Below, in pieces: positions 38,413-46,842 of a stretch of DNA of 64,000 nucleotides. Origin of the DNA: an uncultured Clostridia bacterium (GTDB lineage: Bacteria > Bacillota > Clostridia > TANB77 > CAG-465); contig CALXJF010000002.1 of assembly GCA_944388575.1 (NCBI GenBank), forward strand, positions 10,163 to 74,162. Direction: 5' to 3'. The notes beneath the pieces were generated by a model that saw only the letters and a list, made by a program, of their open reading frames with translations, made no database searches and had not been told where the DNA came from. Both the position numbers and the translations under genes were made by a program. How positions within the stretch are numbered: the stretch's first letter is position 1; every line of letters starts with the position of its first letter.

Positions 38413-39504
38413 ATGAAGATTTTAATTGGAGTATGTGGAATAGGCAAAGGTCACTGTATTAGACAATATGAATTGAGTAGAGAACTAATAAAGAATGGGC
38501 ATGAAGTAAGAATATTTACTTATGGTGAAGGAATAAATTTTTTTTCGAATAGTAAAATGAAAGTTTATGATGTATATGTGCCTATGATTACATTTAAGGG
38601 AGATAAAATTAATGTATATGATTGTATAAAAAGAAATTGGTTAAAAATTATTCCTGGAAAAATACATAATAATAATATTTATAGAGAATTATTAAGAGAA
38701 AATTTTTTGCCCGATTTATGTATTAGTGATTACGAACCAACTGTTGCAAAAATCGCATATAAATTAAATAAACCATTAATAAATATTGATCAACATAGTA
38801 AATTTATTTATATGAATGATACTATAAATGGTTATTCAAATATAGAAGAAAAAAGAAGATTACAATTCTTCTTTCCTAAATCAGATAAAAAATTTGTTGT
38901 TTCTTTTTATGATTTACCTAAAGGCATGTTACCTAATAATATTGAGCTTTTGTATCCTATAATAAGAAATGACTTAAAAGAAATCTCCAAACAAGTAAAT
39001 AGTAAGAAAAAACAAATTTTAGTATATTTCTCAAAATATATAGATATTCCTATAAAACAGAGTATGGAGGAAATAATAAAGATATTTAATAGTTTTAAAA
39101 ATTATAATTTTATAATTTTTTCAACAGAATATGCTAAAAGTGGTGAAAAAATAAAAGAAAATGTTACTATATTGAAAAATCAAAGAGAAAGATTTGTTAA
39201 GGAATTAATAAATTCATGTGCTGTTATTAGTACAGCAGGTCATACTTTAATATCAGAGGCATTATATTGCAATATTCCTTTGTTTGTAATCCCTTTGCCA
39301 ACATATGATCAAAACTATTGCGGTAAATTTATAAATGATAACCAAATAGGTTATTCTTCAGATTTGATTACTATTAAAAATTTAAGTAAATTCTTAAATA
39401 ATATAGAAATGTATAGAAATAATATAAAAAAATGTGAAAATTTAGTTAAGGAAATGAATACCTTGAAATATTTGGTATCAAAAATTGAAGAATATGAAAA
39501 ATAA
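38413..39504 (+). CDS. GT-B fold glycosyltransferase (MurG/GT28-like, MJ1255-type)
   Basis: N-terminal GIGKGHCIRQ..L...L...GHEV. The C-terminal STAGHTLISEALYCNIPLFVIPL......Q..C matches the GT28/GT1 donor-binding region. Confidence 0.65.
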   Translation: MKILIGVCGIGKGHCIRQYELSRELIKNGHEVRIFTYGEGINFFSNSKMKVYDVYVPMITFKGDKINVYDCIKRNWLKIIPGKIHNNNIYRELLRENFLPDLCISDYEPTVAKIAYKLNKPLINIDQHSKFIYMNDTINGYSNIEEKRRLQFFFPKSDKKFVVSFYDLPKGMLPNNIELLYPIIRNDLKEISKQVNSKKKQILVYFSKYIDIPIKQSMEEIIKIFNSFKNYNFIIFSTEYAKSGEKIKENVTILKNQRERFVKELINSCAVISTAGHTLISEALYCNIPLFVIPLPTYDQNYCGKFINDNQIGYSSDLITIKNLSKFLNNIEMYRNNIKKCENLVKEMNTLKYLVSKIEEYEK

Positions 39505-39524
39505 AAATATAAAGTAATGAAAAA

Positions 39525-39793
39525 GTAATTTTTTTGATTAGTAATTTATGTAGTTTTAGATGTAAAAGATGCTTTGCATATACTGGTAAAAAAAGAAAAA
39601 ATAAAATAACTATATAGTAAAAAAACAAGTCCATAGATAGTTTTAAAAATTAGGTGCAGAAATAATATCTTTTAGTGCTGGTGAACCATTAATGGGTAGA
39701 AATCAATATATAGAATACTCTAAAAAGAAGAATATAAAAATTGGGTTCTTAACTAATGTTGTATTATTAGATAGAGAAAAAAGGTTGGAATGA
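39525..39793 (+). pseudogene. Relic of a radical SAM gene (paralog of the N-terminus of 39855-41741)
   Basis: VIFLISNLCSFRCKRCFAYTG (CxxxCxxC) is followed by stops. Another frame gives GAEIISFSAGEPLMGRNQYIEYSKKKNIKIGFLTNVVLLD (decayed GGEPL and TNG motifs). Confidence 0.6.
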
Positions 39794-39854
39794 GATTGGT
39801 ATGTCCAATCGTTTATGAGAAAATTAGAAAGTAAAAATTTAAAGGGGGTAATTT

Positions 39855-41741
39855 ATGAAATTAGAATATAAATCAAAATACTATTATACTGATTATGCTA
39901 AAATATATAGAGAAAAGGGAAGTTTTTATAATGTTAATGAAAACCCAACACTTGTTGTTCTAAAGCCAACACTAAATTGTATTGCTAATTGTAAGCATTG
40001 TAATCCTAGAAGTAAAAAATTTTCTACTAATAAAAGAATATCTTTACTAGAATATGATAAATTGTTAAAGAAATTAAAAATTATGGGAACAGAGCAAATT
40101 TGTATTAGTGGTGGTGAACCTTTAATATATAAAGATATTGTAAAACTAGTTAGATTAATTACTAAAAATGGTCTTAAAGCATCTTTAAATACTAATGGTT
40201 GGTTTTTAAACTTTAATATGTTTAAAGAATTAATGAATGCTGGTCTTTTATGTATAAATTTATCAATTGATTCTCCTAGAGCAGAAGAACATGATAAATT
40301 ACGAGCTTTAGATGGCTTATTTGATAGAGCTATAAGCCAAATAAAAGAATGTAAGGAAAGTGACATTCCTTTTAAATTAAATTTAAGAATGGTATTATCA
40401 AAATATAATTATAAAGAAATATCTGAAATGATAGATTTAGCAAATAATATAAAATCAGATATTTTGAGCATTGATATGATAGAGGCAGATTCAAAAGAAA
40501 AGAATTTTTTATTAGATTCTAATCAAATAAATGACTTTAAAAATAATTATGTACCAGAATTAATAAAAAAAATTAATAGTTTAGATATAAACGAAAATTT
40601 AAAGTCTTATAATATTAAACAAGTTAAAGATTTTTTTAATACAGAATTTAATAATATTAAAAATTTTGAGAATGGTTTTTATTGGCCAGATGATACAATA
40701 AAAAGAAAGTGTGATATTCCAAGTTCATTTATGATAATTGAAGGTGATGGTATGGTGTTGCCTTGTAATGCAGTAGAATATAATAGAGAATATATAATAG
40801 GAAATATATTAGAAACAGAAATAGAGGAATTATGGAAATCTGAAGAATGGAAGAATTTTAGAAATAAAAAGATGGACTTTTGTAGAGAGTGTCCAATGAA
40901 TATGAGTTATATGATAGTTTTTAATGATGATAAAATAGAAAGAGATTGTAAAATAGAAAAATTTACTACTAAAAAAATAGAAAATATGATAAAAATTAAT
41001 AAAAATAATGACTATTATGAGGAACGTAAAGAAGAATATTTTAAATTTTTTAACAAAGGAAACGAATTTATAGATAAAATAAGTAAAAAATATCCAATTG
41101 ATTCTTTAGAATATAAAACAGAATTTTTATATCCTAACTTTTTTGATAAAATGGATTCTAATAAAATAATATTTGAAAGTTATAGTAATGCATCTGAATA
41201 TTATTCATTAAGACAATTATTAGGAAGACCAGAAAAGTTTGAAAAACAACTTGAAATATTTGATTTTATGGAAGAAAATTTATCAAAAAATTCAATTGTT
41301 ATGGATTATGGATGCTGTGTTGGTGATTTTTCTATATTATTTGCAAGAATGGGATATAAAGTATTAGCGATTGATTTAGATATTGATACTTTTAATTTTG
41401 CAAAAAAAAGATTCGTTGATAGAAATTTAGATATTACATGCTATAGTGTTTTAGAAGATATGAAATTACCAAAATTATTTCAAAAGGTTAATTTTATATT
41501 TTGCAGAGATGTTTTAGAACATACTGTCAACCCACTAGAAGTGTTAACGTTCTTTTATAAAACTTTAACAGAGGATGGATATATGTATATTTCTACAATG
41601 AATCCAGGTGAGGAAATATATATAGGAGCTGAACATCTAGAAGATACAATAAAAAAAGCACAGAGTAGGGAATATAAAGAATTTTTTGAAAAGCACTTTA
41701 TTAGCTTAGGAATACACGGATTATATAAAAAAAGAATTTAG
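39855..41741 (+). CDS. Radical SAM (SPASM/twitch-like) enzyme fused to a class I SAM-dependent methyltransferase
   Basis: LNCIANCKHC (CxxxCxxC), ISGGEPL and NTNG. Auxiliary Cys region CDIPSSFMIIEGDGMVLPC...FCRECP. The C-terminal part has MTase motif I VMDYGCCVGDFS...VLAIDLD. Confidence 0.7.
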   Translation: MKLEYKSKYYYTDYAKIYREKGSFYNVNENPTLVVLKPTLNCIANCKHCNPRSKKFSTNKRISLLEYDKLLKKLKIMGTEQICISGGEPLIYKDIVKLVRLITKNGLKASLNTNGWFLNFNMFKELMNAGLLCINLSIDSPRAEEHDKLRALDGLFDRAISQIKECKESDIPFKLNLRMVLSKYNYKEISEMIDLANNIKSDILSIDMIEADSKEKNFLLDSNQINDFKNNYVPELIKKINSLDINENLKSYNIKQVKDFFNTEFNNIKNFENGFYWPDDTIKRKCDIPSSFMIIEGDGMVLPCNAVEYNREYIIGNILETEIEELWKSEEWKNFRNKKMDFCRECPMNMSYMIVFNDDKIERDCKIEKFTTKKIENMIKINKNNDYYEERKEEYFKFFNKGNEFIDKISKKYPIDSLEYKTEFLYPNFFDKMDSNKIIFESYSNASEYYSLRQLLGRPEKFEKQLEIFDFMEENLSKNSIVMDYGCCVGDFSILFARMGYKVLAIDLDIDTFNFAKKRFVDRNLDITCYSVLEDMKLPKLFQKVNFIFCRDVLEHTVNPLEVLTFFYKTLTEDGYMYISTMNPGEEIYIGAEHLEDTIKKAQSREYKEFFEKHFISLGIHGLYKKRI

Positions 41742-41750
41742 GAGATAAAT

Positions 41751-42353
41751 ATGGAAAATAAAAAATTGATTGTTCTAGAAGGAATTTCTGGCGCCGGAAA
41801 AAGTACAAATATACAGCTTCTTACAAGTAATGAAAGAAAAATAGATGGTATCAATATAAAAATTAGTAAATTGATGGAAAATATTGAAAAAACTAATTAT
41901 ATAGATTATACTAATACTAAATACTTTTTGTTATTAGAAAATTTAAAAACTATATTATATGAGGATTCAAAGAAAAATTTCGTATTATTTGAGAGGTATT
42001 ATCTATCGACACTAGCGCATGTATATGCAATGAGTATTTTAAATAATGATAAAAAAATATATAAAGATATATTAGAATGGTACCAAAACAATATAGGTAA
42101 TACAATAAAAAAACCTAATGCTTATATATTTTTTAATGTTCCTATTGAAGTTTCTATGCAAAGAATAAAAAAAAGAAATGAGAGTGTTGTTAATGATATT
42201 TGGATAGAAAGACAATATATGCAATTATGTGAAGAGTATAAGAGAAGTTTTATAAATCAATATGAAAAAGATGTAAAAATATTTAATATAGATGCTACTA
42301 GAAGTATTTTAGAAGTGTATAATGAAGTATTAGAAATTATAAAAAATATATAA
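41751..42353 (+). CDS. Thymidylate/deoxynucleoside kinase-like P-loop protein (divergent)
   Basis: LEGISGAGKST Walker A, ERYYLSTLAHVYA (compare Tmk DRY..S..AYQ) and a late MQRIKKR. It lacks the REPGGT substrate motif of true Tmk. Confidence 0.5.
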   Translation: MENKKLIVLEGISGAGKSTNIQLLTSNERKIDGINIKISKLMENIEKTNYIDYTNTKYFLLLENLKTILYEDSKKNFVLFERYYLSTLAHVYAMSILNNDKKIYKDILEWYQNNIGNTIKKPNAYIFFNVPIEVSMQRIKKRNESVVNDIWIERQYMQLCEEYKRSFINQYEKDVKIFNIDATRSILEVYNEVLEIIKNI

Positions 42354-42378
42354 AATATAAAAAATATAAGGAGGTATT

Positions 42379-43962
42379 ATGAGTAGGAAAATTATTATAG
42401 GTGGTGCATGGCCTTATGCAAATAGTTCTTTACATTTAGGACATTTAGCAGCTTTAATATCTGGTGATATTTTGGCAAGATATCACAGACTAAAAGGCGA
42501 TGAAGTCATTTTTGTATCTGGTACTGATTGTCATGGAACACCGATTACTGAGACTGCAAAGAAAGAAAAAGTAAGTCCAAAAGATATTGCCAATAAATAT
42601 CATAAAGAGTTTTTTGAAGTATTTAAAAAAATGAATTTTTCATATGATTTATATACTAGTACTGAAGATGAATATCATAAAGAAAAAGTAATGGATTTGT
42701 TTAGAAAAATATATGATAATGGTTATATTATAGAAAAGATAGACGAGGATAATTATTGTGAGAAGTGTAAGAAATTTGTTGCTGATAGAGAACTTAAATT
42801 GAAATGTCCTAATTGTGGTAATGAAACAAAAGGAGATCAATGTGATTGTGGTTATGTACCTACAAAAGAGGATTTAAAAAGAGCATTTTGTAACGAATGT
42901 GGTAATTTAACAACTACTAGAGAAAATAAAAATCTATATTTAGAATTACCAAAGTTACAATTAGAAATAGAAAAGTATGTAAATAAAAATAAAAATAAGT
43001 GGAGAAAAAATGCCCAGAATGAAACTGATAAGTATTTAAAAGAAGGATTGAAAGAAAGAGCAGTTACAAGAAATTTAGATTGGGGGATAGATATACCAGT
43101 AAAAGGCTTTGAAGATAAAAAAATGTATGTGTGGATAGATGCCGTTTTTGGGTATTTAACAGCTACAATGAAATATTGTGAGAATAATAATTTAAACTTT
43201 GATGAATGGTGGAAAGGAAATAGTGAAAAAAATATAATTTATATGGTACATGGAAAAGATAATATTGTTTTTCATTCAATAATTTTTCCAGCTCTACTTA
43301 TTGGATTAAATGAAAATATTCACTTACCTGATATAATGGTTTCAACTGAGTATTTGAACTTTAATGATCAAAAATTTTCTAAAAGTAAAGGTATAGGACT
43401 AACTATTATAGAAGCGTTAGATAAATTTGATACTGAAACTTTAAGATTTCATTTAATAAAAAATGGACCAGAAACTAAAGATGCTAATTTTACAGAAGAA
43501 GATTATATATTAACACATAATGAAATTACTAATAAATTAGGTAATTTCGTTAATAGAACATTGAAATATAAAGGTTTATCTATACTTCCTCATGGAAAGT
43601 TAGATTTAAATGTTGAAAGCTATATTAAGAAAAAATATTTGGAAATTTCAGGCTTTATAGAACATATAGAATTTAGGAAAGCAGCACTTAGTATAATAGA
43701 ATTATTAGACTTTGCTAATAAATATTACGATGACCAGAAACCATGGATACAAATTAAAGAAGATATAAATAAATTTAATGATACAATATATACATGTGCA
43801 ATTATAATAGCAAATATAGCTAATTTAATCGAACCTTTTATGCCTATAACAGCTCAGAAGATAAGAGGATATTTACAGTTAAAAGAAAACAATTGGGAAT
43901 ATATAAATTATATATATAATGTTAGTTTAACTGATATTTATCCTTTATTTGAGAGAAAATAA
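42379..43962 (+). CDS. Methionine--tRNA ligase-type class I synthetase, short form without a C-terminal tRNA-binding appendix
   Basis: PYANSSLHLGH (HIGH), GTDCHGTPI, zinc-knuckle cysteines, YVWIDAVFGY, HGKDNIVFHSIIFPALL, KFSKSKG (KMSKS), GNFVNRTL and DDQKPW. Confidence 0.85.
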   Translation: MSRKIIIGGAWPYANSSLHLGHLAALISGDILARYHRLKGDEVIFVSGTDCHGTPITETAKKEKVSPKDIANKYHKEFFEVFKKMNFSYDLYTSTEDEYHKEKVMDLFRKIYDNGYIIEKIDEDNYCEKCKKFVADRELKLKCPNCGNETKGDQCDCGYVPTKEDLKRAFCNECGNLTTTRENKNLYLELPKLQLEIEKYVNKNKNKWRKNAQNETDKYLKEGLKERAVTRNLDWGIDIPVKGFEDKKMYVWIDAVFGYLTATMKYCENNNLNFDEWWKGNSEKNIIYMVHGKDNIVFHSIIFPALLIGLNENIHLPDIMVSTEYLNFNDQKFSKSKGIGLTIIEALDKFDTETLRFHLIKNGPETKDANFTEEDYILTHNEITNKLGNFVNRTLKYKGLSILPHGKLDLNVESYIKKKYLEISGFIEHIEFRKAALSIIELLDFANKYYDDQKPWIQIKEDINKFNDTIYTCAIIIANIANLIEPFMPITAQKIRGYLQLKENNWEYINYIYNVSLTDIYPLFERK

Positions 43963-43976
43963 GGAAAATTTATAAA

Positions 43977-44879
43977 ATGAAAATAATAATAAATGCTGAT
44001 GATTTTGGTATTGACATAGATAGAGATTTAGGAATTTTTTATGGTGTTATAAAAGGATATGTTACTAGTGTTAGTATAATTGTAACCAATAAAATTGGAT
44101 GGTTTAGAAAATTATTAGTTTGCATTATGAAAAAAAAAGCTAGTATAGGAATTCATATTAATTTAACAGACAATCCATTATTAAAATATACTATGGAGGA
44201 ACTTTGTTTAAAAAATTACAATTATGAACGCAGAAAGTTTTCTTTTTGGAGAAATTCAATTGATAGTACATTGAATTTTAAAATGATTGATGAAGAAATA
44301 AATATGCAATTTGAAAAATTTATTAAGGAATATGGGTTTATACCAAATCACATTGATGGCCATAATCATTGTAATATTTTTAATAAAAAAGTCGAAGAGT
44401 TATTTGAAAATATTTCTATTAAATATAAAATTCATTTAAGAATACCATATGAAGATTTGGAAAAGTTTGATAAGAAACTTTTAAGTAAAAATACTTTTTT
44501 TAAAGACTTTAAAATATTGGATGATAAAATGGATATAAATTATATAAGAGATAGATTAGATTATTTTTTTAAATATGATATGAATTTAAATAATTATATG
44601 TGTATTATGAATTGTCAAAAAGATAAAATATATTATATAGGTACTATGTATGGATATTTTAGAAACTCTAATGTTTTATTAAAACAATTATCTAATATTG
44701 GAAATATTGATTGTGTACAAATAATGACACATCCTGGATTTTATTGGAAGAATATGAAGCATAAGACTGTATTTTCAAATTATGATAGAAAAACGGAATT
44801 GGATAGTTTAAGGGATTTTAAACTAAATTCTATATATTTACAAATAGATTATACAAATTATAATTTTTATCAAAATTAG
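43977..44879 (+). CDS. YdjC/ChbG/HpnK-family carbohydrate deacetylase
   Basis: N-terminal IINADDFGI and the later HIDGHNH motif are typical of YdjC-like proteins. Confidence 0.7.
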   Translation: MKIIINADDFGIDIDRDLGIFYGVIKGYVTSVSIIVTNKIGWFRKLLVCIMKKKASIGIHINLTDNPLLKYTMEELCLKNYNYERRKFSFWRNSIDSTLNFKMIDEEINMQFEKFIKEYGFIPNHIDGHNHCNIFNKKVEELFENISIKYKIHLRIPYEDLEKFDKKLLSKNTFFKDFKILDDKMDINYIRDRLDYFFKYDMNLNNYMCIMNCQKDKIYYIGTMYGYFRNSNVLLKQLSNIGNIDCVQIMTHPGFYWKNMKHKTVFSNYDRKTELDSLRDFKLNSIYLQIDYTNYNFYQN

Positions 44880-45040
44880 GTGCTATGTTTTATTTAGAAA
44901 TTTTCCCCTCCAACTATTGACATTGAACACTAAATTAAAAAGAATATAATGCCTAGGCTTTGACAAGGTACTAAAAAATTAATATTTTTGTGATTTTTTC
45001 TAATATTATTTGCATTGTTGTTGAAAAAGTAACACAAAAA

Positions 45041-45076
45041 AGTGAATCGTAAAATAATTTTTGATTCACTTTTTTT
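45041..45076 (+). terminator. Orphan rho-independent terminator
   Basis: agtgaatc / gattcact stem followed by a T7 run. No intact ORF lies directly upstream. Confidence 0.55.
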
Positions 45077-45599
45077 ATATACTTAATGATATAATAAACA
45101 TAATTAAAAGAGTGAATATAACTATGTTAAAAGAAAATAATCATTTTTTTGTTTAAGCTCACATGCATTATTTGTTTGATTTATTAATAAAAATATAATT
45201 TCTGGAAACTACTAAAAGATATGAGTGATTTTTCTTTTGTGTATTACGAATTAAAAAGTAAATATCCTTCTACAACTGTTATAAAAATCAAAGAAGTTAT
45301 AAAATATGTTTAAATATTTTGCTTAAAAATTAATAGCTAAAACAGTTGAAATGTGTATACTATAAGAGAAATTTTAAATAAGATAGTATACTTAAAAGCG
45401 TGAAAGTATAGAAGATGTAATAGTTTTTACAATAAAAATATAAATGAAATAATAAATATATTATAAGAAACATGAACAATACTAAGAAATAAGCAATTAT
45501 ATTGTATTATAGAAAATGTGAAAAATTAAATTTTAATATTTATGTAATATACATAATTAATGGCGAATTTATTCTTTATAAAAAAAGGAGATTATTAGA

Positions 45600-46063
45600 A
45601 TGAATATACGATTAGCAAATAGCAATGATATAGAAAAAATAAATGCTATTATAAATGACCTAAATAATGTAAAAAAATTTTGCAAATTTGAAAGTGATAT
45701 TTTAAATAAAGAAATGTATATTATGTAAGAAAATAATTATATAATTGGCATTTTGTATTAAGTAAGCTTGATTACCCAGATTATAAAGATATAGAATGGA
45801 CTTCTAATAATAAGAGTTTTTTTTATTTAAATAGATTAGCAATACTTCCTTTGATATAGGGAAAAGGTTTTGCAAAGAAGGCAATGGAGTTTATTATAAA
45901 GTATGCTATCGATAATAGATATGACTGTATTAGATTAACAGTTTATAATAAAAATAAAAGTGCTGCTATTGGATTGTATGAAAGACTTGGATTTAAAAAA
46001 ATAGCAAATGGTTATTGGCAACTTGAAGACAAAGTATTTGTTGGCTATGAAAAATATGTATAA
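45600..46063 (+). pseudogene. GNAT acetyltransferase pseudogene (two in-frame stops and one frameshift)
   Basis: MNIRLANSNDIEKINAIIN...YIM*ENNYIIG, then a frameshift, then FVLSKLDYPDYKDIEWTSNNKSFFYLNRLAILPLI*GKGFAKKAMEFIIKYA...LGFKKIANGY. Confidence 0.8.
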
Positions 46064-46321
46064 AATCAAATGTCTAGTAATAACAGATTGTTAATTTTAA
46101 TCTATTTTCTTTGATGTTTAAATTTTTTATATGAGCTATGTGAATATATATTAGAGGGAATTAAACTAAAACATATTGTAAATTGTAACTTTTATTTGCA
46201 AATAAATCATATTTTAAAATGATATTTCTTTATTTAAGTCGAAGTACTTTTTTATTTCTATATATTGATAATAAAAAATAACACAGTTTATATATTTTTT
46301 TGTCAAAAAGTATAAAACGAC

Positions 46322-46350
46322 TTGATTTTTTATTTGTATTTATATATAAT
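46322..46350 (+). promoter_or_regulatory. Promoter candidate upstream of spoVS
   Basis: TTGATT, 17-nt spacer, TATAAT. The responsible sigma factor is not determinable from sequence. Confidence 0.35.
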
Positions 46351-46407
46351 TTAAATGTGTAAAGTGATATATGCACTAACAAATGATAAATTCATAGGAG
46401 GTAAGAA

Positions 46408-46671
46408 ATGGATATATTAAAAATTTCAGCAAAATCTAGCCCAAATTCAATTGCAGGAGCAATAGCTGGACTTGTAAAAGAAAATGGTAGAGCAGAAATG
46501 CAAGCAATTGGGGCAGGTGCAATAAATCAAGCAGTAAAAGCAGTAGCTATTGCAAGAGGATTTGTAGCACCATCTGGAGTAGAACTAGTATGTTCACCAG
46601 CATTTACAGCTGTTAATATTGATAACGAGGATAAAACTGGAATAAAATTTGTAGTTGAACCAAAGTTATAA
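46408..46671 (+). CDS. spoVS: Stage V sporulation protein S
   Basis: The 87-aa MDILKISAKSSPNSIAGAIAGLVKENG.AE.QAIGAGAINQAVKAVAIARGF sequence is the highly conserved SpoVS sequence. Confidence 0.95.
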   Translation: MDILKISAKSSPNSIAGAIAGLVKENGRAEMQAIGAGAINQAVKAVAIARGFVAPSGVELVCSPAFTAVNIDNEDKTGIKFVVEPKL

Positions 46672-46689
46672 TATTTATGATATATTTAA

Positions 46690-46725
46690 GCTTCAAAGAA
46701 TAGTTGTTTTTCTTTGAGGCTTTTT
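46690..46725 (+). terminator. Rho-independent terminator of spoVS
   Basis: gcttcaaaga / tctttgaggc stem followed by ttttt. Confidence 0.75.
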
Positions 46726-46842
46726 CTATACCTAAAAAGTAAAAATCAGAAAAAAAATAAAAAACTTTTTTTTTAATGTTTAGTATGATATAATTAGAGT
46801 AAAATAATATTAGTAAGACTAGAAGAAAGTGGGTGATACTTT

